Shown one piece after another: positions 36,409 to 46,871 of a DNA stretch of 64,000 nucleotides. A program made the translations under genes and the position numbers. Location: contig CAWDEM010000008.1 in assembly GCA_963801355.1 (NCBI GenBank), positions 2,816,001-2,880,000 of the forward strand. Direction: 5' to 3'. The notes below the pieces were generated by a model. It saw only the letters and a program-made list of their open reading frames with translations. It was not told the DNA's origin and made no database searches. This DNA comes from Ignavibacteriota bacterium. GTDB lineage: Bacteria > Bacteroidota > Ignavibacteria > UBA10030 > UBA6906. Position 1 is the stretch's first letter. Every line of letters starts with the position of its first letter.

Positions 36409-38886
36409 CTATTTCACAAGAGTCATCTTCCGCGTAACGATGCCGGCGCCTGAGGACAATCGATAGATGTAGACCCCGCTTGCCATCGCTCCCGCATCCC
36501 ATGTCACCGTGTAGTTGCCGGGCTCCTTCTGCTCATCGACCAGGACGGCCACCTCCCGGCCGAGAAGGTCATAGACGCAGAGCCGCACCCACCTCGTGCC
36601 AATTGCCTCGTGCCTATTGCCTATTGCCTGGTGCCTATCGTCTGTTCCCGGTACTGTGTAGCCTATCGTCGTCCCCGGATTGAACGGATTCGGATAGTTT
36701 TGCTCAAGTGACATCCGTGCGGGTCTCCCGGCGTCAGCCACACCGAGAAGCGCGGGGCCGTAAAGGACCACGCGGAGATCGTCCAAGGAGAATCCGTCGC
36801 GTTGCAGGTAACTGTCGCTCTCAAGCCTGAACCGCAGCATTGCCCGGGTTCCCAGGACGGGCGCAAGATCCATGTTCTCGCTCACCCACGTGCTTCGGGT
36901 CCGGTCGTACCCGTGCGCATCAGGCGCCTGCTTGCCGCCGCTTGCTCCCGAGCCCTGCCGTGTATGGCTCCCGGGCAGCGAAACCCAGGTGCGTCCGCTG
37001 TCGCGGGATGCCTCCACAAGGCAGAAATCATACTCGGGTTCAATGTCCCAGCGCGCCATGAATCGCAACTCGGCGGCCGTGCCGAACAGAGGAAGCAATT
37101 GCTGCAGTGAGTAGGTGCTGGAGTAATTGTTGGGGTAATCGCCCCATGGACTGTCGCCATACGCACCGGGTCCCGAGTACGCGGTGCGCGTAGTGAAACC
37201 CCACGTCGTCAACGATCCGGTACTCTGCGATTCCCACAGAGGGCTCGTGCTGTCGGCATGATCGGAAAACAGCAGCGCCGGATTGCCGAGCCGGAACGAC
37301 ACTGAGTCCTGGAAATAGCCGCCCGGGAATTCCCCCAGCACTCGTAGGGTGGTCCTGGCGCCTCCGGCCGATCTCGTGCTGCGCTGCACCACCAGCGGGA
37401 CATACGTGCTTTCCTCCAGCGCCACCTTCCGGGGCGCAGGAAGGATCACACCGGGATCGTCGCTCGTGAAGTGCAGTGTGGCCGTGGTGGATCGCGCGCC
37501 GGCCCCGGTGTTCACCAGCAGCAGATTCACCCCCGCAGTGTCGCCGTCCACAACCGGATCGGGCCCGCCGGAGGCCATTGCATAGTGTTGACCCGCACAG
37601 CGTGTCAGAAAAATGTTGGCGTCGAGGTTGGCGTCGGCCAGCGGCACAATCCTGGAAGGAACGGGCCAGAACCCGTCATCTGCGCCACCCACCTCCGGAG
37701 TCATCGCGATAATCCGCGGCTTCATCGATGTCTCGCCGTACATCCAGTCATCGGAATCGCCGTTGGTGGAGTAGCCGATCATGTCCCCGCCTGTCCCGTG
37801 CGGGTAGTAGTTGACCGCGGTGAGGAATTCCGCAATACGCGAATAGAGAACGGAATCCGGGGTGGCATCATCACTGAACCCCCAGGGATGAATCAGCACA
37901 TTGCCAAAACCGTGGTAATTGAGCGTGCAGCCCGGCTTCTTGACCGCGCACAGATCCCGTATTGCCTGCGTTTCCGGTTCGGAAAAGGGGACGGCTCCGC
38001 GGTACGAGTTGTCTGACGGCACCGGGCTCGATCCAATGTCGTCATACCCCCACTGGAAACCGTAGTTCCTATTGAGGTCGACACCGAATGAACCATCCGC
38101 ATTGGCGCGACGGTTCTTCCGCCATAATCCCCCTCCGGAAGGAAACGCGGCGGCATTCATGGCATAGCCGTCCGGGTTCACCACCGGCACAACATACACC
38201 TCGCGCGAGTTGAGCAGGGCGGTGATATCCTCGTTCACCCCATAATGCTCGAGCAGGTACCAGATAAAGTACACCAGAACCATCATTCCCTGCGGTTCAC
38301 GCGCGTGGTGAAGTGCCGTGAACAGTGCGCAGGGTATGTCGTTGCCGGCGACGGGTGCTCCGGATATCCGAACCCCCCAGAGAGTGCGTCCTTCAAGAGA
38401 ACAGCCGATGGAATCGCGCTTCCCGATCAGGTGCGGATAGCGTGCGTGCATGGTGTCAACTTCCGCTTCGAGCTCCGCAAGTGTCAGATACCCTCCCATC
38501 GACCCCAGGTGGAAATTGTGCACACGGGATGCAGGGAGCGCGGCAGGCCGGTCGGCGAGCAGCCGGGCGGCATACGCAGCATGCCAGTCCGGCACTACGA
38601 TATCCACGCCGAATCCCGCAGCGCGCACGTCGCGCAATTCAACTTCATCAAGCGTGATCTCCAACGCGGAGGAGTCGCGAAGCCGCGCCCCCTCGAGTGC
38701 GATCCCGAGTCGTGCAATGCGCTCCACATCGGCCCTGGAGGTGAGTGCAATGCGCACGGTGCTGGAGCGCGAAGGAGCATCCGCCGTCGCCATCGCGCCA
38801 CCCGTCACGACGATGCACAACAGGGCGATCATGGCTCCTGGTGAAGGAGCGTGGAGGGGGGTTGTCTTTGGAGATCCGTTTCTCAC
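36409..38886 (-). CDS. M14 zinc carboxypeptidase (CPT-like) with T9SS type A CTD
   Basis: HAREP, WRKNR, DLNRNY, NYHGF and TPEVG; C-terminal QNYPNPFNP...SGVYIYRL...KMTLVK. Confidence 0.92.
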   Translation of the reverse strand: MRNGSPKTTPLHAPSPGAMIALLCIVVTGGAMATADAPSRSSTVRIALTSRADVERIARLGIALEGARLRDSSALEITLDEVELRDVRAAGFGVDIVVPDWHAAYAARLLADRPAALPASRVHNFHLGSMGGYLTLAELEAEVDTMHARYPHLIGKRDSIGCSLEGRTLWGVRISGAPVAGNDIPCALFTALHHAREPQGMMVLVYFIWYLLEHYGVNEDITALLNSREVYVVPVVNPDGYAMNAAAFPSGGGLWRKNRRANADGSFGVDLNRNYGFQWGYDDIGSSPVPSDNSYRGAVPFSEPETQAIRDLCAVKKPGCTLNYHGFGNVLIHPWGFSDDATPDSVLYSRIAEFLTAVNYYPHGTGGDMIGYSTNGDSDDWMYGETSMKPRIIAMTPEVGGADDGFWPVPSRIVPLADANLDANIFLTRCAGQHYAMASGGPDPVVDGDTAGVNLLLVNTGAGARSTTATLHFTSDDPGVILPAPRKVALEESTYVPLVVQRSTRSAGGARTTLRVLGEFPGGYFQDSVSFRLGNPALLFSDHADSTSPLWESQSTGSLTTWGFTTRTAYSGPGAYGDSPWGDYPNNYSSTYSLQQLLPLFGTAAELRFMARWDIEPEYDFCLVEASRDSGRTWVSLPGSHTRQGSGASGGKQAPDAHGYDRTRSTWVSENMDLAPVLGTRAMLRFRLESDSYLQRDGFSLDDLRVVLYGPALLGVADAGRPARMSLEQNYPNPFNPGTTIGYTVPGTDDRHQAIGNRHEAIGTRWVRLCVYDLLGREVAVLVDEQKEPGNYTVTWDAGAMASGVYIYRLSSGAGIVTRKMTLVK
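36592..36640. repeat. Heptamer tandem repeats (CCTATTG-like) inside the CTD coding region
   Basis: cctcgtg ccaattg cctcgtg cctattg cctattg cctggtg cctatcg. Confidence 0.85.
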
Positions 38887-38889
38887 CGC

Positions 38890-41800
38890 TCACCGGAGGA
38901 GTAGCATAGTGCGAACCAGACTGACCGTACCCGATTGAAGACGGGCGATGTACAGACCGCTTGCCAGGCCCGAGGCATCGAAGCGCACACTGTAGTATCC
39001 CGCCGGCTTCTGTTCATCCACCAGCACCGCCACCTCCCGGCCGAGCAGGTCGTACACCTTTAGAATTATGAATTGTGGATCCACAATTGAGAATTGTAGG
39101 GTCGTACCCGGATTGAAGGGGTTCGGGAAATTCGGCAGGAGTGCGAAGGTGGTGGGTGGGGACATGTCCGGAGATGTGACATCCACCGCGAGGTCTCCGG
39201 TCCCGCCGAATTGATAGTAGCGTGCAGCAAACTCCTGCAGGTAGAGATTGGCGATGGCGGCGTCATGCACAATCAGCGTGTTCTCATTGTTCGAGTTTTC
39301 CGCCGCGCTCGACCAGTTGTGGGAGCCGGTGATGACCGCCGGATATGCGCCGGCCCATCCGGCATCGAGAATGGCATACTTGTGATGCAGGAGCCCTGTG
39401 CCGGACTTCAAATGCAGATCGAGGCCCCGCCCGAGGAGGTAGTCATACTCCGACCCGGTGTCATCCCGGTTGTCCATCACACCGTGGATGGTGACGCCGG
39501 CGTTCTTTCTCGCCAGCACGGCATCTGCAAGGTCGTCGCGCGTGAATGTCAGGAGGGCGAAGTTGATGGAGTGCGTCGCGGAAGAGAGTGCACCGGCAAT
39601 GTGGCTCGTGGTCATGTCGCTCGGACTGAAGTAGCATTCCACATCCCGTCCTCCGATGCGGAAGCGATGCGGGGTGTTGTTGGTCTTGCGGGCGCCGAAT
39701 CTCGAGGCTGACGGACCGGGAGTGTCCGTGCTGCTCCCCCACATTTCATCGAACTCCAGCGTGTACGCGCCGGCCAGGGCCGGATCCTGGATCTCCATGG
39801 CATTCTGGTAATCGTCATTGGTCCCGGGCAGGGTGGGATTCCATGATCCGGTCCAGACCCATACGCTTTCCGGGGCGCCTCCCCGTCCGTCAATCACCGC
39901 GAACTTGTTGTGCATCAATCCTGCACCGGCATTTGCGGCGTCAAAGGCATCGGTGATGAGCGGGATCCCCGCCGACACGAGACTGCTCAATGGTGCCGTG
40001 GAGCGGTTGTCCTGTTCACAGATCACGCGCACGCTGACCCCCCGCGCCCTGGCTGCAATGAGAGCATTTGCGATGTCAGTTCCCGGGCCGGGCGTGCCGC
40101 TCAGGCTGTAGAACGCTGCATCGATGGATCGCCGGGCGCTATTAAGCCTCCCGGCGATCAGCGTCACCAGATTCTGGCTGCCTGCAGCGGGTGGTGTCGT
40201 GACCACCGAGGGCATGACGCTTTTGTTGAAGTACACGTTGATGGCGCCCGATGCCGCAGCCGGCGATGCGGTACTGACGACGAGGTCGCCCGCACGGCTT
40301 GTGTCCACCCCGCTGACCGAATATGCCTGCACATGATACACCGTGGCGGCGGCAAGCCCGCCCACCGGAACGTTGTGCAGCGTACGGAGCACTGTGTCGG
40401 GTGCGACAATGCCGAGTTCATAGCGTGACGTCCTCCCGTAACGCAGCCCCGAGGTGCCGGACCGTGTTGTCGTCCAGGAGAGCGCGAACGATGACGGCGT
40501 GATATTCCCTTCGACCGGCATGGTGGCGATCACGGGACCCGACGAAATGATATCCGCGGTCGACCGGGGCATGATCTGGTAGCCGCCGATGTACGGAGCG
40601 GACCCGACGAATTGGCCCACGACGCCTATGATGTCACACGCAGAGGCCGGGATGACCCCGCCTACAAGATTCGTATTGTTGTCAATGCGAATCTGCGTCG
40701 AATCCGTCAGGTCATACAGGACATAGTTCGTGTTTGACCCCCAAGTGCCGCTTCCGGCGACCATGGCACCGTTGATCCTGACAAGACGGCCCTCGTAAGT
40801 CTCGACGCCGCCCGCACCATCGTCCGCAATCTGTGAAACCGTGACAACGACCGGCTCGACAGTATTCCCGGCTGACACGATTGCATGGAGAGCCGGGTTC
40901 ACAATCTCGGTCAGTCCTGAAAACGGCTGCACGAGTCCGGAAACGACTACCTCATCGCCCAGCGTCACCGCCGTCGAGAACACCGATCCATACACGGCCA
41001 TCCCCCCTGTGTTGTCCTGGATGTAGGAGGGGCCGCCAAATTCGTTTGCAACGGTGACGACACCACGCACGGTGACGAGCGTATTATTCCGCAGGGGGAC
41101 ACCGTTTGCGTCGTTCGACTTCACGAGGGAGATGGGGACCGGAATCCCGTACACAAACACTGAGGCTTGTGACGATAGTGCGAAGATGGAGTCCGGGTGC
41201 GTGCCGGTGAAGGCCTGGAATGTAAACGACGCTGTGGAGTCGGGTGGAGTGATACTCAGCAGCGTGAACTGAAGGCTGTCCATACCGGAGAGGGTGATTC
41301 CGCTCAGCATGATGGTATCACCCGAGACGGCGATGAGCGGGGAGCTTCCGCCGGCTGTAGTGATGTCAGTGGCGGAGTGCGACCAGCTCCATGACGCGGG
41401 CACCTTCACGTGTGCATTGGTGATCACGTACGGGCTTTCTCCCTGCACGGTGAATGTCAGCGCATGGGGAGTCCCGCCCGAGAGCGTCGCAGGCGAAATC
41501 CGCACCTGGCCTTTGCCAACTCCGCCAGCGGCCAGACTTGCGTCGGTCTCCTGGCCTGCGGTGATGGACCACGGGCCGGCGAACACATTGTCGCGCGAAC
41601 CGTCGTCATTCACCGTGACCAGGGAATCAATGATGCCGGCGGGAACGGCGATCTTGAATCCGCCGGCGCTGAAACCGTATCCTTCAGCAATTGCGTTGTC
41701 TTCCGTGCGGTATGTCCCGACGACGGTGCCTCCCGAGTAGGCGAGCACTCCTTTGTTCACTGCAGGTGATACCGGCCGCATGATCCATCCGCCGGCGCTC

Positions 41801-42249
41801 TGCATATTCAGGACCGAGAAGGATCTGGATGCCGAAGTAAGGTTCGTCGATGTGGCGGTGGATTTCGCCGCACGGACTGACGCTGTGACACCGAGGCCGG
41901 TGTTATGTTTTGCGTAAATCCAGCCCGACCAATTCCCGACTGCGTCGATGGGAACCAGCGGACAGGAGGCAGCGTATGCGGTGGCATTGCTCCATGCAGT
42001 GCCGTTCCACATATACTCATTGTTCGTTCCCGAATAGATTTTGAGGTAGGCCTGGCTGTTGGCCCCGGCCGTCCATCCCTGAATTCGCACAAACACTGCG
42101 TACGGAGTCCCCGTCGAACCGGTCCCTCCCCCGTCTGCGATTGCCTGTGGAACAGTCACGGCTGTCAGGCTGGCCTGGGAAAAAAGATTGAACAGAGGGA
42201 GGGACAATAGTGCCAGGGTGGCGGAGATCCTGCTGCTGAACAATTGCAT
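38890..42249 (-). CDS. Secreted OB-fold / FN3-like / PLD (2 x HKD) nuclease-like protein with T9SS CTD
   Basis: VTVRGVVT..YIQDNTGG and YEGRLVRING OB-type repeats; MHNKFAVID..TGSWN and LHHKYAILD..TGSHN; NFPNPFNP CTD. Confidence 0.85.
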   Translation of the reverse strand: MQLFSSRISATLALLSLPLFNLFSQASLTAVTVPQAIADGGGTGSTGTPYAVFVRIQGWTAGANSQAYLKIYSGTNNEYMWNGTAWSNATAYAASCPLVPIDAVGNWSGWIYAKHNTGLGVTASVRAAKSTATSTNLTSASRSFSVLNMQSAGGWIMRPVSPAVNKGVLAYSGGTVVGTYRTEDNAIAEGYGFSAGGFKIAVPAGIIDSLVTVNDDGSRDNVFAGPWSITAGQETDASLAAGGVGKGQVRISPATLSGGTPHALTFTVQGESPYVITNAHVKVPASWSWSHSATDITTAGGSSPLIAVSGDTIMLSGITLSGMDSLQFTLLSITPPDSTASFTFQAFTGTHPDSIFALSSQASVFVYGIPVPISLVKSNDANGVPLRNNTLVTVRGVVTVANEFGGPSYIQDNTGGMAVYGSVFSTAVTLGDEVVVSGLVQPFSGLTEIVNPALHAIVSAGNTVEPVVVTVSQIADDGAGGVETYEGRLVRINGAMVAGSGTWGSNTNYVLYDLTDSTQIRIDNNTNLVGGVIPASACDIIGVVGQFVGSAPYIGGYQIMPRSTADIISSGPVIATMPVEGNITPSSFALSWTTTRSGTSGLRYGRTSRYELGIVAPDTVLRTLHNVPVGGLAAATVYHVQAYSVSGVDTSRAGDLVVSTASPAAASGAINVYFNKSVMPSVVTTPPAAGSQNLVTLIAGRLNSARRSIDAAFYSLSGTPGPGTDIANALIAARARGVSVRVICEQDNRSTAPLSSLVSAGIPLITDAFDAANAGAGLMHNKFAVIDGRGGAPESVWVWTGSWNPTLPGTNDDYQNAMEIQDPALAGAYTLEFDEMWGSSTDTPGPSASRFGARKTNNTPHRFRIGGRDVECYFSPSDMTTSHIAGALSSATHSINFALLTFTRDDLADAVLARKNAGVTIHGVMDNRDDTGSEYDYLLGRGLDLHLKSGTGLLHHKYAILDAGWAGAYPAVITGSHNWSSAAENSNNENTLIVHDAAIANLYLQEFAARYYQFGGTGDLAVDVTSPDMSPPTTFALLPNFPNPFNPGTTLQFSIVDPQFIILKVYDLLGREVAVLVDEQKPAGYYSVRFDASGLASGLYIARLQSGTVSLVRTMLLLR

Positions 42250-42577
42250 GTATTCGAAGACCCTGTTTTTATTAGGCAATTTCGGTGTTGGGGGATCCTC
42301 CCCCGGTACGGATACTGCAGTAAAAGATACCGATACCGCATCCTATGCGCAAGGCGGTTTCAGGGCTTGCGGCTTGTTTCTTTTGAGAAATCTTCTGACA
42401 TTGTGCCACCTCATTCAGACGTTTATCCACTCCGTCCAATTCTCATCTCAGCAGACTTTCTTTTCATGCGGGGGAGTACGCTGTTGGTGCGGGTCCGGGG
42501 TGAACAAAGCGAGCTCTTCAATTTCAGATCGCAACAGTAACCCATAATTCATATTCCACAATATCATGAGGTAGCGT

Positions 42578-45487
42578 ATGGTCAGGAATATTGTGACCGT
42601 TTTGTTGCTCCTTCTTGTGCATGCGTACGCACTGTCCCAGGGTGAAATCCGCGGGCGGTTGACGGATGCCGAGGGGAAGGGTCCGCTGGTGGGTGCAACA
42701 GTGACACTCACCGGGACCAAGATGGGTGCGGTGTCTGATGTGTCAGGGGACTTCGCAATTACCAACGTGCCTCTGGGTACGTACACCGTGCGTGTCGCCT
42801 ATGTTGGGTTTGTTTCCGTCCAGCGAAGGGTCACGGTGGGTTCTGAACCTGTCACGGTGAATCTCGCTCTGACGCCGACGATGATTGATCAAAGCGAAGT
42901 CATCATTGAAGTCAACCGTGCGAAGGAACGCGAGACACCGGTGGCGTTCAGCAACATCGACAAGATGGATATCGAGCAGAAGATCCACGGCCAGGACGCG
43001 CCGCTGCTGGTCAAGGGCACTCCCGGTGTGTACACCTACTCCACCGACGGTGTCGGCAATGGAGAGGCCCAGGTCTATGTGCGCGGGTTCACCCAGTCCT
43101 ATGTACAGGTGCTGGTCAATGGTATACCCACCAATGACCCCGAATCGAACTCGGTGTACTGGTCGAACTGGGGTTCCGTTTCCTCGGCTGCCGCATCGAT
43201 TCAGATACAGCGCGGTGCGGGCTCTTCGCTGTACGGCGCAGGCTCGTTTGGAGGTTCGTTTAACATTGTCACTGCCGATGCGCCCGCCCAGCCAAGATAT
43301 GATCTCAACCTCAGCATGGGCTCCCCGTTCAACTCCCTCATAGGCATCGGCATCAACACGGGTCTCATTGACAATTCGTTTGCCGCGACTCTCCGTCTGG
43401 ACCGCAAGGTCGCCGAGGGCAGCAGGGTGAGCGGACGCTATGAAGGGATCAACTACTACACGTCGCTTGCATGGTATATCAATCCGCAGCAGAGTTTGAA
43501 GTTCGTCCTTCATGGTGCACCACAGGAGCACGGCTATTCCTGGAGCAACGATGTCAGTTACTTCAAGATGTACGGCTACGGCGCCAACCCGGCTCCACTG
43601 CTCCCCCGCTATGTCGTCAATGCCCTGCCGGCAAATGCCAACAACGATCTGCCCAACTACGCGCTGCTGGATGACAGCCGTGAGCTGGCGGATCCGAATT
43701 ATGTGAACCTGGCCCATAATTTCTACCATAAGTCGCAGGCGGAGCTTCACTACCGCTTCGACGTGAGTCCGAATTCCTCCATCCAGGCGACAGCTTTCTA
43801 TTCAAAAGGGCGTGGGGGCGGGTCTAGCATGAACAGCCTCGGCACGGTGTTCTCCCGCGGATCCGACGGCACGATCACTTCGCTGGTCGGTCCGGACGGG
43901 ACGGTCAATTCTCCTCTAGTCGCGAAGAACACGTATCTGGCGAATGCCTACCAACGCATCAGCTATTCGTTCCACCAGCAGGGCGGAATCCTGGCCAGTT
44001 TTACCACGCGCCCGGTGGATTTCCTGGGTGTCACCGCCGGGGGCGAGTTCCGCTCATGGACGGCCGATCACCCGGGCCACTTCACCAACCTGTACGGTAA
44101 GAAGTCAGTGAACTTCAGTTATGCACGTTATGACACCGCAGGGAGGGTAATGAGCTCGACGTTCTCCCGCAAAGTGTACCAGGGTGACCTGGACGGCCCG
44201 AAGAGTGACATCGGCAACATTTTCGGCTGGACCATGGCCGGCGCAAACGATGCAGCGTATGCAACGCAGTACAGGAACTACCGGGGCCAGACCCCGCAGT
44301 ATACCATCTTCCTGCAGGGAAACTGGCTGTTCGACCGCTTGAACCTGGTCACCTCGATCCAGTACGTGTGGTACAAGTACAAGCTGACCGAATATATGCC
44401 AAGCGAGAATGCCATCGGCCGGATGCTCACACGCGCGCAAGAGACATCGCGCGGGGGACTCACAGAAGGTCCGACCGGGAGTGGCACGTTCCTCATGAAG
44501 GACAATGCCGCTTCTTCACCGCGCTGGTACGAGTTTGACCTTGTCAACGAGAATCGTTCGCGCGGCTTCTGGCAGCCGAAGTTCGGCGCTAACTACAATG
44601 TGACCGACAATCTGAACGTGTTCGGCAATTGGGCTCATGTCGAACGATTTGTGGACCTCGGGGTCTACTACAACCAGGGACGCGTCGATCCCGGCGTCGA
44701 AGACGAGAAGTCCAATCAATACGAAGCCGGCATCGGCTGGACATCTCCTGCCCTGCGGACAAAGCTGAATGGCTATTACATGACCTGGGAGAACAAATCC
44801 GCCCGGATCACGGATCTCTCCAAGGCCGGTGAGCCGGGGTATGACCGGAACGGCAACCGCTCCGAGCTCGTCGGGAAATCGGTGCACCAGGGCATTGAAG
44901 CTGAAGTAACCGTCATGCTCGACGACCTGGTGGGGATGAAGGGTTGGGAGCTGACCGGCATGTTCACGCTGATGGACAACCGTTGGAAGACAGTGCTGGA
45001 CAAGGTCATGCGCGATCCGAACACGGGCGCACGCCGCGCATTCAATGCCTCGGCACTGAACGCGCAAGGGAAGCGCGACACGCTCTTCTTCGACGAGCTG
45101 GTAAACACCCCGGTCGCGAGCGGCCCCCAGACGATGTTCTCCGTCGGCTTCAACTATCGCGGAGAATCCTTCTTTTGCGGAATGGGCGTGAACTATTTCT
45201 CCCGCATCGTTGCCCTTGACGGCGGAAGCTTTATGGCCGTCGACGGCGGCTGGGTGATCGTCAACGCCAAACGGAAGTTCGACGCGAAGTTCGACACGAA
45301 GCTGCCTGCTTATACCATGGTTGACTTCAACGCCGGTATGAACTTCTCTCTGTTCGGTCTGACCAATACCGCATCCGTCCAGGTACTGAATGTACTCGAC
45401 AACGAGTTCTTCGCAAATGCGGACCGGTCCGGCGTGATCCCCGGAATCGGCCGCGCATTCAGGTTTAACCTGAGCACGGGTCTCTGA
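42578..45487 (+). CDS. TonB-dependent receptor
   Basis: Signal peptide, carboxypeptidase-regulatory-like N-domain, plug (VRGF..VLVNGIP, IQIQRGAGSSLYG) and a beta-barrel. Confidence 0.93.
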   Translation: MVRNIVTVLLLLLVHAYALSQGEIRGRLTDAEGKGPLVGATVTLTGTKMGAVSDVSGDFAITNVPLGTYTVRVAYVGFVSVQRRVTVGSEPVTVNLALTPTMIDQSEVIIEVNRAKERETPVAFSNIDKMDIEQKIHGQDAPLLVKGTPGVYTYSTDGVGNGEAQVYVRGFTQSYVQVLVNGIPTNDPESNSVYWSNWGSVSSAAASIQIQRGAGSSLYGAGSFGGSFNIVTADAPAQPRYDLNLSMGSPFNSLIGIGINTGLIDNSFAATLRLDRKVAEGSRVSGRYEGINYYTSLAWYINPQQSLKFVLHGAPQEHGYSWSNDVSYFKMYGYGANPAPLLPRYVVNALPANANNDLPNYALLDDSRELADPNYVNLAHNFYHKSQAELHYRFDVSPNSSIQATAFYSKGRGGGSSMNSLGTVFSRGSDGTITSLVGPDGTVNSPLVAKNTYLANAYQRISYSFHQQGGILASFTTRPVDFLGVTAGGEFRSWTADHPGHFTNLYGKKSVNFSYARYDTAGRVMSSTFSRKVYQGDLDGPKSDIGNIFGWTMAGANDAAYATQYRNYRGQTPQYTIFLQGNWLFDRLNLVTSIQYVWYKYKLTEYMPSENAIGRMLTRAQETSRGGLTEGPTGSGTFLMKDNAASSPRWYEFDLVNENRSRGFWQPKFGANYNVTDNLNVFGNWAHVERFVDLGVYYNQGRVDPGVEDEKSNQYEAGIGWTSPALRTKLNGYYMTWENKSARITDLSKAGEPGYDRNGNRSELVGKSVHQGIEAEVTVMLDDLVGMKGWELTGMFTLMDNRWKTVLDKVMRDPNTGARRAFNASALNAQGKRDTLFFDELVNTPVASGPQTMFSVGFNYRGESFFCGMGVNYFSRIVALDGGSFMAVDGGWVIVNAKRKFDAKFDTKLPAYTMVDFNAGMNFSLFGLTNTASVQVLNVLDNEFFANADRSGVIPGIGRAFRFNLSTGL

Positions 45488-45489
45488 CG

Positions 45490-45545
45490 GCAGGCAATGG
45501 CCGTTAGGCACTTAGGCAAGAGGCGACAGGAAGCAGGCAATACGT
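45490..45545. repeat. Degenerate AGGCA heptamer-period repeat
   Basis: ttaggca cttaggca agaggcg acaggaa gcaggca. Confidence 0.5.
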
Positions 45546-45571
45546 AGCGGTAAGCTGCACTGCGTTGTACG

Positions 45572-45609
45572 AGCGGCGGAGCCCCCTTGTGGGATCCGCC
45601 GCTTTTTTT
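45572..45609 (+). terminator. Rho-independent terminator
   Basis: AGCGGCGGA...TCCGCCGCT followed by a T-run. Confidence 0.88.
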
Positions 45610-45706
45610 GTTCAATTGCTTTTTCGCTCCGTTTTGGCGAGATTTAATGAGTTGACTGTCCGTTCACACCAGAGAGCTTCACGTTCACTTTCTCAGAGAG
45701 GTTCCC

Positions 45707-46783
45707 ATGCACAAGAAACTGTTCATCCCGGGTCCTACAGAAGTCGCCCCTGATGTCCTGGAAAAAATGGCCACACCGATGATCGGCCATAGAAGCAAGG
45801 ACGCTTCAGCCTTGCAGCATGACATCAGCGACAAGATGCGCAAAGTGTTTCACACCGCCAATCCGATTCTCCTTTCCACGAGTTCCGGCTCGGGACTGAT
45901 GGAGGGCTCGATCCGTTCGCTGACCGCCAAGCGCGCCGCGGTGTTCTCCGTCGGTGCATTCGGCAATCGCTGGTTCAAGATGGCCGAGGCCAACAATGTC
46001 GGCGCAGACAAGTTCGAGTCGGAGTGGGGCAAGCCGACCACGCCGGAGATGGTTGACAAAGCACTCGCAACAGGCAAGTACGACGTGTTCACGGTGACGC
46101 ACAACGAGACCAGCACCGGCATCATGAACCCGGTGGAAGAAATCGCCGAAGTCCGCAGGAAGTATCCCGACGTGCTCTGGCTCGTCGATGCTGTCAGCTC
46201 CATGGCGGGCGCCAAGATCGAAGTGGACAAACTGGGTATCGATGTCTGCATCACCTCCACCCAGAAGGCCCTGGCCCTGCCTCCGGGCATGGCGATCTGC
46301 TCTGTCACTCCGCGCGCACTCGAGCACGGCAAGCAGGTGAAACATCGCGGCTGGTATCTGGACATCCTCGAGATCTACAAATACATCGAGACGAAAGATT
46401 ATCAGTATTCCGCGACTCCTTCGCTCTCCCATATGTTCGCCATGAACTATCAGCTCGACCGGATTCTGGCCGAGGGCCTGGAAAACCGCTATGCACGCCA
46501 CAAGGCAATGGCAGAGTATACACGCGCATGGGCGAAAACGAATTTCGCGCTCTTTCCCGAGGAGAAACACGCGTCTGTCACCCTCACCACCATCACCAAT
46601 ACGCGCAACATTTCGGTCAAGGGACTGAATGACGCGCTGGGCAAGGAAGGCTTGCAGATTTCCAACGGTTACGGCGACCTGAAGGAGAAGACCTTCCGCA
46701 TCGCCCATATGGGTGAATTGACGATGGACGATGTGAAGCAGGTCATTGCAGCTATCGACCGGATTCTCCCCACGTTGAAGTAG
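45707..46783 (+). CDS. Class V aminotransferase (serine-pyruvate/alanine-glyoxylate type; possible SerC substitute)
   Basis: LFIPGPTE, HNETSTG, VDAVSS, STQKALALPPG and FRIAHMG. Confidence 0.93.
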   Translation: MHKKLFIPGPTEVAPDVLEKMATPMIGHRSKDASALQHDISDKMRKVFHTANPILLSTSSGSGLMEGSIRSLTAKRAAVFSVGAFGNRWFKMAEANNVGADKFESEWGKPTTPEMVDKALATGKYDVFTVTHNETSTGIMNPVEEIAEVRRKYPDVLWLVDAVSSMAGAKIEVDKLGIDVCITSTQKALALPPGMAICSVTPRALEHGKQVKHRGWYLDILEIYKYIETKDYQYSATPSLSHMFAMNYQLDRILAEGLENRYARHKAMAEYTRAWAKTNFALFPEEKHASVTLTTITNTRNISVKGLNDALGKEGLQISNGYGDLKEKTFRIAHMGELTMDDVKQVIAAIDRILPTLK

Positions 46784-46814
46784 CTCCCGGAACTTCCGTT
46801 TCACGCATTCAAGA

Positions 46815-46851
46815 TCTCCCCATCGCCGGTGGCAGCAGCGCGATGGGGAGA
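46815..46851 (+). other. Intergenic 12-bp stem-loop
   Basis: TCTCCCCATCGC...GCGATGGGGAGA; no U-tract. Confidence 0.6.
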
Positions 46852-46871
46852 CCTGCTAAAGGAAAAGTGCT

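Noticed and set aside
42250-42577. Riboswitch upstream of the TonB receptor or PLD gene
   Set aside because: I could not find a convincing TPP or cobalamin consensus on either strand. An Infernal/Rfam scan would settle it.
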